15,076 bases of DNA from Octopus sinensis (GCF_006345805.1 NW_021825520.1:1-15076); one strand, 5' to 3'; positions 1-9,664 are shown, counted from the first letter of the stretch. Translations and numbers: made by a program. The notes: generated by a model not told the origin, from the letters alone.

Positions 1-342
1 TCCGCCGAGGTCGACTTTGCTGTTCCATCCTTTCGGGGTCGAATTAAGTACCAGTTACGCACTGGGGTCGATCTAATTGACTTAATCCTTTGTCTGACCT
101 TGTTTGTCCTCTCTATGTTTAGCCACTTGTGGGCAATAAAGAAACAAGAAACGTTAGTACGCCGGGCGAAATGCATACCGGTATTTCATCTGTCTTTACG
201 TTCTGAGTTCACATTCCACAGAGGTCGACTTTGCTTTTCCTCTTTTCGGGTCGATAAACCAGTTGCGCAATGGGTCGAGCTAATCCACTGGTCCCCTCCC
301 CCAAAATTTCGGGCATGGTGCCTAGGAGTAGAAAAGAATATC
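1..342 (+). mobile_element. SINE family B, two head-to-tail units (1-~147 and ~148-342)
   Basis: Both units carry gaggtcgactttgc...tttcgggtcga...gggtcga. The second has the head acgttagtacgccgggcgaaatgc and the tail ccctccccc aaaatttcgggcatggtgcctaggagtagaaaag. Confidence 0.8.
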
Positions 343-616
343 ACTGAGCGTTCTTGTCTGACGCAGTAGCGATCTGCCACCTGGCCGCCTGGGAGACAGT
401 CAAGAATTATAACGTTTCACTGATCTGTAATTAGTTTTTACAAACAGGCTTATTTCGTTTCCTTTCCGTTTTATTTACAATTTACCCTGGACGTTCATAA
501 CAAGCACTAAATCTGATTTATATGGAGAAGTGTAAGACTAAGTGAATGATGTGAATATAATTAGTTTTAAATTGCTTAGACAGATATATGGGAAACTGTT
601 TTTGTTTCCACTCATA

Positions 617-1191
617 TTGGGCTGTCAGATGAATTCGTTTTTTTTTTTTTTTTCGATGTTATTTTGAGTTAAAACGAAAGATATTTTTATGGGGATTTTT
701 TTGTAGCTCTGCTCTTCCTTTGCGACATTTGTTTATCGTTTTCGAAATTTGAATAAATTTTTACCTCTTTACAAACATATGACGATAGAGTGCCAAGTTG
801 AAAAATATGAGCAATTTCGACACCTGCTTCTCTCTTCGCTTTCAGTCAAGATTCCATTGCTGCCAAAGTCGCTCGACACATTTGTGATGTATACGAAGAA
901 GGCACATGCTTCATGCTTCAAGGTGAGGAGACTTGGCATAAAGCTCTCCGCATTCCAGTCAGCATATTCAGTTTCATGCGGATCGATTGATCGATATCCT
1001 CCACGAGAATCTGCACCAGTCCACGGGGGACTTGGCTCAATACATGAAATGCTCTCACGATTCCGCCGCCTGTTATCTTCACTTAAGGGACAATCCAGCT
1101 GAAACGACCCAACTAGAAATATGGCGTGCTTCTTCCCTGCAACACTCACCCACAAGTCACTAATTTGACCAAAAATGCTATTTAAGAGCTC
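617..1191 (+). mobile_element. Decayed mariner (Tc1/mariner) element, 5' part; transposase pseudogene with internal deletion
   Basis: Frameshifted peptides from 779: MTIECQVEKYEQFRHLLL / AAKVARHICDVYEEG / SPHSSQHIQFHADRLIDILHENLHQSTGDLAQYMKCSH (HTH region), then TIQLKRPN*KYGVLLPCNTHPQVTNLTKNAI*EL (decayed HDNARPH region). Possible TA + TIR start ttgggctgtcagatgaa at 615-633. Confidence 0.85.
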
Positions 1192-1239
1192 GGATCTTTA
1201 CCTTTTGACCTATAGATTTAAAAAATAATTTTTTGTAAC

Positions 1240-1622
1240 GCAGGAGTGGCTGTGTGGTAAGTAGCTTGCTAACCAACCACATGGTTCCAGGTTCAGTCCC
1301 ACTGCGTGGCATCTTGGGCAAGTGTCTTCTGCTATAGCCCCGGGCCGACCAATGCCTTGTGAATGGATTTGGTAGACGGAAACTGTCGTATATATGTATA
1401 TATATATATGTGTGTATGTGTGTGTGTTTGTCCCCCTAGCATTGCTTGACAACCGATGCTGGTGTGTTTACGTCCCCGTCACTTAGCGGTTCGGCAAAAG
1501 AGACTGATAGAATAAGTACTGGGCTTACAAAGAATAAGTCCCGGGGTCGATTTGCTCGACTAAAGGCGGTGCTCCAGCATGGCGGCAGTCAAATGACTGA
1601 AACAAGTAAAAGAGTAAAAGAG
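1240..1622 (+). mobile_element. SINE family A (tRNA-derived, CORE-like, composite), full-length copy
   Basis: A-box-like gtggctgtgtgg, B-box-like ggttcagtcc, CORE-like cttgggcaagtgtcttc, central (TA)/(TG) tract, 3' half ending in a (GAGTAAAA)n tail. It interrupts the MITE left arm exactly (gtaac|taaacac). Confidence 0.9.
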
Positions 1623-1820
1623 TAAACACTTTCAAACTTCGATATATTTATATTTAGGAAGTTATTTCACGTTAAAGTTGTAGTATTTCGGTAATTTCAA
1701 CCAATCAATGACGTGTATTCAGCTGAATAAAATTACTGCCGTTGTTTGTCAACAACAGCTATCGGCGGTGTATATTTCGTTTGTCAGTTATTTATGACAT
1801 CGTTCGTGCGTTTGTACTGG

Positions 1821-1870
1821 TTTTAGCTTTAAGGATTTAGGGTTAGGGTTAGGATTTTAGGGTTAGAGTT
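1821..1870 (+). repeat. Degenerate (TTAGGG)n telomere-like repeats in the MITE spacer
   Basis: ttttagctttaaggatttagggttagggttaggattttagggttagagtt lies between the inner inverted arms. Confidence 0.85.
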
Positions 1871-2148
1871 GTTATAAATAACAGTGACAAACGAAATATA
1901 CACCGCCGGAAGTTCTTGTTGACAAACAAAAGCAGTAATTTTATTCAGCTGAAAACACGTCATTGACTGGTTGAAATTACCGAAATACGAGAACTTTAAC
2001 GTGAAATAACTTCGTAAAAATAATTTTTCTCAAAACTGCTAAGAGTAAAAGATGTTTTATATGATACATTCTACCAGTGTCCGAAGTTTGAAAGTGTTTA
2101 GTTACAAAAAATTATTTTTTAAATCTGTCGGTCAAAAGGTAAAGATCC

Positions 2149-2403
2149 AAGAGCTCTGTTGGAAAGTTCTCTTGCATTCGCCGTATGCTCCTGATTCCTA
2201 AGATAGCACCTTCAAATAATCATCTTCTCAAACCACTCTCCAACAGACTGCAAAGTGTTTCGTTTAAACAACAGTGTAGAGCTGCAAACGGGGCTCGAAG
2301 AATTATGAGAGTGGAGACCCAGTGATTGCTACGGTCAAAGGCAGTGACAAACTAGTGGAACAGTGGCAAGAATTCATGAGAAATGAATATATTATTGACT
2401 GAT
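2149..2403 (+). mobile_element. Mariner transposase relic, 3' part
   Basis: Reads ELCWKVLLHSPYAPD / APSNNHLLKPLSNRL / DKLVEQWQEFMRNEYIID*, matching the mariner YSPDLAPSDY motif and C-terminus. The frame continues from 1191 across the MITE. No 3' TIR found. Confidence 0.85.
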
Positions 2404-2425
2404 TTGTTAATTTTGTCGTGAAGGC

Positions 2426-2533
2426 AAGGCGGCGAGTTGGCAGAAACGTTAGCATGCCGGGCGGAATGCTTATCGGTATTTCGTCTGCCGCTACGTTCTT
2501 AGTTCAAATTCCGCCGAGGTCGACTTTGCCTTT
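2426..2533 (+). mobile_element. SINE family B, 5' half
   Basis: aggcggcgagttggcagaaacgttagcatgccgggcgg...ttcaaattccgccgaggtcgactttgcc, with B-box-like agttcaaattcc. Confidence 0.85.
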
Positions 2534-2603
2534 TGCTGTCCTTTTTTCTATCATCTAGCTGTCTGGATGTTTTGCGCTCTTTTCCCATTGTTTTATATTC
2601 CTT

Positions 2604-2623
2604 TATATATATATATATATAAT

Positions 2624-2667
<44 letters not shown>

Positions 2668-2735
2668 ATATATGTATATATGTATATATGTATGTATGTA
2701 TGTATGTAGGTAGTGTTGTGTGTGTGTGTGTGTGT
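2604..2735. repeat. (TA)n/(TATG)n/(TG)n compound microsatellite
   Basis: Direct inspection. Confidence 0.95.
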
Positions 2736-2737
2736 AG

Positions 2738-2884
2738 GACGGGTCCTTTTCAGTTTATTTCAATCAAATCCACTCAGATGGCTTTAGGACTATAGTAGAA
2801 GACACACTTCTAAGGTGCCACACAGTCGGACTGAACCCAGAACCATGTGGTTGTGAAGCAACCTTCTTACCACACAGCCACGCC
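2738..2884 (-). mobile_element. SINE family A, diverged head half
   Basis: Reverse complement matches 1240-1390 (actgaacccagaaccatgtgg...ttaccacacagccac). Confidence 0.8.
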
Positions 2885-3033
2885 ATATGTATGTATGCAA
2901 GAGTGCGTGACTTTCTGTTTGATTGTGTCTCATGGCCGTATGAAAACCAGCGTTGGTTGGTTTACGTACCCGCAACTTAGCGACTCGACAAAAAGAGTCT
3001 AATGTAATTAGCGCCAAACTTAAAAATACGTAC

Positions 3034-3354
3034 TGAAGCTGATCTGCTTGGCTGAACACATCAAGGCGACGCCTCGGCGCAGCTGCAATCCAAAGAGTAT
3101 AACGACCAAAAGATAACTCGTACATGTCTGTGTTCGTCTGGATTTCACTCCCTTTGTCTTTCCTGGTAAGAGATATGTTTTGGTAAAACTGGCCAAACAA
3201 CTTCAAAAGAATCCTTTGATTTCTGACTCCTCTGCTTTCCAAATTCTTTTTAACAAAGATGCTTAATTTTCCTCGGATTTTCTTCTGCCAGCCAGTAAGA
3301 CTTATTAAAACATTCTTGAAATACCTTTGGCTACTCATATACGGGTAGCGCAAA
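3034..3354 (-). CDS. Candidate internal coding exon (321 nt, phase 2-2) of an unidentified host gene
   Basis: Stop-free for 106 codons in non-repeat sequence (LRYPYMSSQRYFKNVLISLTGWQKK...SFGRYTLWIAAAPRRRLDVFSQADQL). Minus-strand acceptor taattccttAG|T at 3356-3355 with an in-frame stop just upstream; donor CTTCA|GTACGT at 3033-3028. Length is a multiple of 3. No family recognised. Confidence 0.55.
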
Positions 3355-3496
3355 CTAAGGAATTACTTGGTATAAAAATTATTGGGATTTAGTAGAATGT
3401 TAATTTACTTTTTGGTGATTAAAAAGAACGTCACTGAAAGGAATACTTAAGAAGAAAAATTCCCAAAGCTTATACCTTATTATATAATACATACCA

Positions 3497-4003
<507 letters not shown>

Positions 4004-4497
4004 TGCAATAAAATAAACTGAAAGCGATAAAAGTAATGTCGATCTTCATGGTTTTACACCGTTAAGAAAGTTCAGCGCTGATTGGTGTTATGAAAATTCT
4101 TTAGCTTCTTTACCGTTTTTTTTTCCTTTTCCTTTTCCTTTTTTTCTTTTTTTTTTTTTTCATTAGTTTTCTGTTACAAACATTCCATTTCGTCAAAGTA
4201 ATTATTTGCGAAAACGAAAGCAAATCTCCATGTCATTTCAGAATGGTTACAAATATATTTTGGGGGAGAGATATTTTCATTGCAATTTAAGTAGTTACAG
4301 CTTCCATCCATCTTAAGTTACTCAATTTTGTCACCCAAGCAAAAAAAATGTAAAAAAAAAAAAAAAAAGAAAAAAAGAGAGAGATTTCTATAACAGATAC
4401 TCGGAGGACAAGACAAGATTAGGGCAAAGTTAATAACATTTTGCTTCTTGCTGCTGAACGTGCAAATGGTAAAACCGTCTTTGACTGAATTTCTATG

Positions 4498-4530
<33 letters not shown>

Positions 4531-4533
<3 letters not shown>

Positions 4534-4942
4534 CTTTTATTTGTTTCAGTCATTTGACTGCGGCCATGCTGGAGCACCGCCTTTAGTCGAGCAAATCGAC
4601 CCCAGGACTTATTCTTTGTAAGCCCAGTACTTATTCTATCGGACTCTTTTGCCGAACCGCTAAGTGACGGAGACATAAACACACCAGCATCGTTGTCAAG
4701 TGATGCTAGGGGGACAAACACAAACATACACGCACACATACATATATATATATATATGTATATATATATACATATATACGACGGGCTTCTTTCAGTTTCC
4801 GTCTACCAAATCCACTCACAAGGCTTTGGTCGGCCCGAGGCTATGGTAGAAGACACTTGCCCAAGGTGCTACGCAGTGGGACTGAACCCGGAACCATGTG
4901 GTTGGTAAGCAAGCTACTTACCACACAGCCACTCCTACGCCT
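4531..4942 (-). mobile_element. SINE family A, full-length copy
   Basis: Reverse complement of the 1240-1622 copy over its full length. Confidence 0.9.
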
Positions 4943-4947
4943 ATATA

Positions 4948-5170
4948 TTTTTCTTTTATTTGTTTCAGTCATTTCACTGCGGCCATGCTGGAGCACCGCC
5001 TTTAGTCGAGCAAATCGAACCCCAGGACTTATTCTTTGTAAGCCTAATACTTTTTCTATCGGTCTCTCTTGCCGAACCGCTAAGTTACGGGAACTGTAAA
5101 CACAGCACCATCGGTTGTCAAGCGATGTTGGGGGGACAAATACAGACACACAAACATATACATACACACA

Positions 5171-5223
<53 letters not shown>

Positions 5224-5263
5224 CGGGCTTCTTTCAGTTTCCGTCTACCAAATCCACGCACAA
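4948..5263 (-). mobile_element. SINE family A, 5'-truncated copy in tandem with 4531-4942
   Basis: Same 3' half, an expanded (TA)n centre, and loss of the head beyond aaatccacgcacaa. Confidence 0.9.
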
Positions 5264-5384
5264 TGCATATTGAATGCTTAAAACTACAAAATACGTGTTG
5301 TTTACTCATTTTTGGGTCAGTTTTCGCTTACTCTTTTACTCCACACCCAGAAAGGGTGCAAGGCAACGTTGATCATGTCAGGAT

Positions 5385-6019
5385 TTGAACTCAGAACGTA
5401 AAGAGCCAAAAGCTAAGCATTTTGTCCGACGTGCTGAACGCCTTGAAATTTTGGGGGAGGGGACTAGTCGATTACATCGATCCCAGTGTTTCACTGGTAC
5501 TTAAATTATCGACCCTGAAAGGATGAAAGACAAAGTCGACCCCGGCGGAATTCGAACTCAGAACGTGTAGATGGATGAAATGCCGCTAAGCATTTTGTCC
5601 GACGTGCTAACGATTCTTTTCTGATAGCTTTGAAATTTTTTTGGAGGGGACTATACGTTTAAACCAACCCCAGTGTTTCACTGGTACTTAATTTATCAAC
5701 CCCGGAAGGATGAAAGGCAAAGTCGACCCCGGCGGAATTTGAACTCAGAACCTGATAGATTGATGAAATGCCGCTAATAATTTTTTCCAACGTGCTAACG
5801 ATCCTTTTCTACTGAAGGCACAAGGCCTTGAAATTTTTTGGGAGGGGACTATTCGATTAAACCAACCCCAGTGTTTCACTGGTACTTAATTTATCGACCC
5901 CGAAAGGATAAAAGGCAAAGTCGACTCCGGCAGAATTCGAACTCAGAACGTGATAGATTGATGAAATGTCGTTAAGTATTTTGTCCGACGTGCTAACGAT
6001 TCTGCCAGCTCACCCGCCT
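5385..6019 (-). repeat. Tandem head-to-tail array of SINE family B (3 units plus a partial head; periods ~187 and ~198 bp)
   Basis: gaaattt(t)gggggagggg recurs at 5445, 5632 and 5830. Each unit contains ccagtgtttcactggtactta...aaagtcgac...gaactcagaac. Only the last unit retains the 5' end (ctgccagctcacccgcc). Confidence 0.9.
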
Positions 6020-6259
6020 AATAGATAATTTAGATACAACAACTACAGTAACCTCATCCAGTTATCTCTTGTCTTCAGGTCTGAAAGTGCTTTGGGTATT
6101 TCCTTTCCACGTTAATGTAACAGTTAAAAAAAATAACATTTCCTTTTATGCGAGAGATTTTGTTCAAGGCTGACTGAAGAGAATGGCAACGGCATTCCAT
6201 GTTGGACTCAGTAAGCACAGTTATGAGAACATAAATGGACATTGTTTATCTTTTGCTTG

Positions 6260-6456
6260 TTTCAGTCCCACTGCCTTGGCACCTTGGGCAAATGTTTTCA
6301 ACTATAACCACAGGCCGACCTCAGCCCTGTGAGTGGATTTGGTAGACGGAAACCGAAACCCATTGTGTGTGTGTGTGTATGTGTGTGTGTGTGTATGTAT
6401 GTGTGTGTGTGTGTGTGCCTGTATGTGTGTGTGTATATATATATATATTTATATAT
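6260..6456 (+). mobile_element. SINE family A fragment (CORE-like region plus central TG/TA tract)
   Basis: ttcagtcccactgccttggcaccttgggcaaatg...gagtggatttggtagacggaaac followed by (TG)n(TA)n. Confidence 0.8.
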
Positions 6457-6469
6457 ATAAGGTATTGGT

Positions 6470-6800
6470 TTTCGATTCCCAGACCGGGCGTTGTGATTGT
6501 TTATTGAGCGAAAACACCTAAAAGCTCCACGAGGCTCCGGCAGGAGATGGTGGTGATCCCTGCTGTACTCTTTCACCACAACTTTCTCTCACTCTTACTT
6601 CCTGTTTCTGTTGTATTTCAAAGGGCCGGCCTTGTCACTCTCTGTGTCACGCTGAATATCCCCGAGAACTACGTTAAGGGTACACGTGTCTGTGGAGTGC
6701 TCAGCCACTTACACGTTAATTTCACGAGCAGGCTGTTCCGTTGATTCGGATCAACCGGAACCCTCGTCGTCGTAACCGACGGAGTGCTTCCATCCATTCC
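6470..6800 (+). mobile_element. SINE family C, 5'-truncated at the B box, with 13-bp TSD
   Basis: Starts ttcgattccc (B-box-like) and ends in the short-repeat tail cttccatccattcc. Perfect direct repeat ATAAGGTATTGGT at 6457-6469 and 6801-6813. Confidence 0.8.
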
Positions 6801-6861
6801 ATAAGGTATTGGTATCTAGAAGACCTAAAGAGTGGCAGGTAATGTGCTATGGACAGACCGT

Positions 6862-7222
6862 ACTCTTACTCTCTTTTACTCTTTTACTTGTTTCAATCAT
6901 TTGACTGTGGTCATGCTGGAGCACCGCCTTTTGTCGAGCAAATCTACTCCAGGACTTATTCTTTATAAACCTAGTAATTATTCTATCGGTCTCTTTTGCC
7001 GAACCGCTAAGTTACGGAGACGTAAACACACCAGCATCGGTTGTCAAGACACACAAACATATACACATACATACATATATATATATTCTTTCAGTTTCCG
7101 CCGACCAAATCCCCTCGCATGCTTTGGTCGGCCCGAGGCTATAGTAGAAGACACTTGCTCAAGGTACCACCGGGAACCATGTGGTTGGTAAGCAAGCTAC
7201 TTACCACACAGCCACTCCTGTG
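6862..7222 (-). mobile_element. SINE family A copy with small internal deletions
   Basis: (CTCTTTTA)n tail at 6862-6890, body matching 4531-4942, head ending gccactcctgtg. Confidence 0.9.
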
Positions 7223-7484
7223 CAGAAAATCCCTACGTATCTGGGCAAGTGTCGACCAAATATCGATATTGGGACAATTTTTTCAGGATCTTCACTATTA
7301 TAGAAGATATTCATCCATTTTAGTCACGCACATAATACCAGGTAAAGGACAATTGTGACCACAGACCTTGTTGTCCTGTAAACTCATTTGTATTTCTTGA
7401 AGTTTCAAGATCAATGTAAATAAACACGATGAAGCTTTGGAGAAATCCAGAGGAATTTACAGTTTTTATTTGCCGGTGAAATTA

Positions 7485-7898
7485 AGGCGATGAGCTGGGA
7501 GGATCGTTAGTGTTTCGCGGTGTTTCGTTTGTCTTTACGGTCTGAGTTCAAATTCTGCCGAGGTAGGCTTCACATTTAATCATTCCGGCGAGTTCGACTT
7601 AACCTCTAATCCTTCCGGTGAGGTCGACTTCACTTTTAATCATTCAGGCGAGGTCGACTTCATCTTTAATCATTCCGGTGAGGTCGACTTCATCTTTAAT
7701 CATTCCGGTGAGGTCGACTTCACCTTTAATCATTCTGGTGATCAACTTTACCTTTAATCCTTTTGGCGAGATCGACTTTACCTTTAATCTTTTCGGGTCG
7801 TAAACAAAACAAATAAAAGCAAGAAAGATCTGTTAAACACCGGAGTCTATGTAATCAACTTAACCTTCTAATGCCCTAGAGCCCAAATTCGAAACAAT
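7485..7898 (+). mobile_element. Diverged SINE family B copy containing an internal minisatellite
   Basis: Head aggcgatgagctggga...ctgagttcaaattc, then the array, then the diverged tail accggagtctatgtaatcaactta...ccaaattcgaaac. Confidence 0.75.
7557..7800 (+). repeat. 30-bp minisatellite, 8 units
   Basis: Unit ~AGGTCGACTTCAYCTTTAATCATTCCGGTG starting at 7561, 7591, 7621, 7651, 7681, 7711, 7741 (28 bp) and 7769. Confidence 0.95.
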
Positions 7899-7986
7899 AT
7901 TTTCAGGTGAAATATGTTAATTTGTGCGATGTCACATACGTCACACTTTTTATATCCTCTCCAAAATATTCAACATGCATTCCAAT

Positions 7987-8028
7987 TTATTTATTTATTT
8001 TATTTATTTATTATTGTTATTATTATTA

Positions 8029-8083
<55 letters not shown>

Positions 8084-8121
8084 GATTATTATTATGATTA
8101 TTATTATTATTATTATTATTA
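7987..8121. repeat. (TTTA)n/(ATT)n microsatellite
   Basis: Direct inspection. Confidence 0.95.
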
Positions 8122-8323
8122 ATATTTGCAATACTTGTCTGGGTAGTCAAAATTTACTGAGAAAACTGAATCAATATAATTTTTGTAAATGTTCGAGGTT
8201 TGCAGCTTCGATATTTCTTCATTTGTATCTCTGGCTGACACGAACATCACGTGAGAATGGCTTTATTGTGAAACAATCCCGAGATGCAACCGCAAATGTC
8301 GATTGTATTATTTTTCTAAAGTA

Positions 8324-8550
8324 ACCCGTAGCTGCCCAGAAAATTTCATCGAGGTACTACCTCCCACTGCGACATGATGTCGTTGCTAAAACAATATACA
8401 ATGCTCTCCGCATAAGATAGCCCGGGGACAAATATATACATCTCTGCTATTGTCTACGTACACACACACATACATACATACATACATACATACATACATA
8501 CATACATACATGCATGCATGCATGCATACATACATACATACATACATACA

Positions 8551-8581
<31 letters not shown>

Positions 8582-8965
8582 CATCACAAAGAGTACACCC
8601 ATCAAAACTTCAACAAAACGCGAACATAATACTCCTGGTGTTTTAGTTATCGAGGAAAGAAAAATAACGAACGGTCATGGAGTTTAACTGCCCCGCGGGC
8701 GTGAACATCTCCTTTCAAAATGGCTGAGGAGAAATTTATGGCTAACTGTTTCAAAACCTGTAGCACTCACGCCCTGGTTATAAATCCACATTTATAACAA
8801 TAACTATTGGTTCATTTGGTTATGTTAGCGAATGTCTAAGCGTAAATCTGGAGAAGCTAAAATTTTCAAGTAAAGAAAATGACCGGCTAATACGTACTTT
8901 ACTTAAACAATTTATGGGTAGAACTGCTGAGAAAAAAATTCTTTCCTCAAGTTCGATATGTAATA
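8324..8965 (+). mobile_element. 3' portion of an R4/Dong-type (RLE) LINE, decayed
   Basis: Frameshifted KISSRYYLPLRHDVVAKTIYNALR / PIKTSTKREHNTPGVLVIE (decayed HNRPD) / VMEFNCPAGVNIS / FITITIGSFGYVSECLSVNLEKL: post-zinc-knuckle region through the restriction-like endonuclease to the C-terminus. Confidence 0.8.
8461..8581 (+). repeat. (CA)n/(CATA)n/(CATG)n microsatellite inside the LINE relic
   Basis: Direct inspection. Confidence 0.95.
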
Positions 8966-9056
8966 AATGTTATTGATATTCAAATTCAGTGGCGCTCTTT
9001 TCCCTTTTTGTCGTTAAAAATCCGCTCTAACCCGCTCTAATAAATAAAAATGAAGG

Positions 9057-9117
9057 TATATATATATATATATATTAATATATACATACATACACACACA
9101 CACACACATATATATAG

Positions 9118-9164
<47 letters not shown>

Positions 9165-9179
9165 ATATACGCACCCACT

Positions 9180-9223
<44 letters not shown>

Positions 9224-9316
9224 TATACATATATACACATATATCTATATATATATACATATATATGTACATATATATATACATATGCACACACGCACAC
9301 ACATATATATATATAT
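9057..9316. repeat. (TA)n/(CA)n compound microsatellite
   Basis: Direct inspection. Confidence 0.95.
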
Positions 9317-9662
9317 TTCTCTCTTTACTCTTTTACTCTTTTATTTGTTTCAGTCGTTTGACTGTGGTCATGCTGGAGCACCATCTTTAGTCGAAGAAAT
9401 CGACCCCAGGACTTATTCATTGTAAGCCTAGTACTTATTCTATCGGTCTCTTTTGCCGAACCGCTAAGTTACGGGGATGTTGGGGGACAAATACAGACAC
9501 ACAACCATATACACACACATACATATATATTTTTTTCATACATATATACGACAGGCTTCTTTCAGTTTCCGTCTACCAAATCCAATGACAAGGCTCTGGT
9601 CGGCCCGAGGCTATAGCAGAAGACACTTGCCCAAGGTGCCATACAGTGGGACTGAACCCAGA

Positions 9663-9664
<2 letters not shown>
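9317..9664 (-). mobile_element. SINE family A copy, 5'-truncated, internal deletion near 9477
   Basis: Tail ctctttactcttttactc, body matching the other copies, ending gggactgaacccagaac. Confidence 0.9.

Larger units (their letters stand above)
1192..2148. mobile_element. Non-autonomous long-TIR DNA transposon (MITE/foldback), possibly Merlin-like
   Basis: Termini GGATCTTTACCTTTTGACC...GGTCAAAAGGTAAAGATCC with 8-bp TSD AAGAGCTC at 1184-1191 and 2149-2156. Inverted arms: 1192-1239 plus 1623-1641 vs 2083-2148, and 1658-1799 vs 1870-2013. Confidence 0.9.

Noticed and set aside
769-1155. 128-aa minus-strand ORF as a host exon
   Set aside because: It is the antisense of the mariner transposase relic on the plus strand.
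1240-1310. tRNA genes at SINE heads
   Set aside because: Only A/B-box-like motifs are present, there is no cloverleaf, and the sequence continues into the SINE body.
1821-1870. True telomere or chromosome-fusion scar
   Set aside because: Short, degenerate and enclosed in the MITE spacer.
4401-4492. Protein-like minus-strand frame NSVKDGFTICTFSSKKQNVINFALILSCPP
   Set aside because: The best donor gives phase 1, incompatible with the 3354 exon, and there is no pyrimidine tract.
7339-7395. Possible extra minus-strand exon (57 nt, phase 2-2; NTNEFTGQQGLWSQLSFT)
   Set aside because: AAG acceptor, weak donor and short length; not supportable without transcripts.
7557-7800. CRISPR-like array
   Set aside because: Units are contiguous with no unique spacers, derive from a SINE, and the context is eukaryotic with no cas genes.
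8135-8230. Possible extra minus-strand exon (96 nt, phase 2-2; DTNEEISKLQTSNIYKNYIDSVFSVNFDYPD)
   Set aside because: Phase-compatible, but the polypyrimidine tract and GTATTG donor are weak and the length is within chance expectation. Worth checking only if RNA-seq supports the gene.
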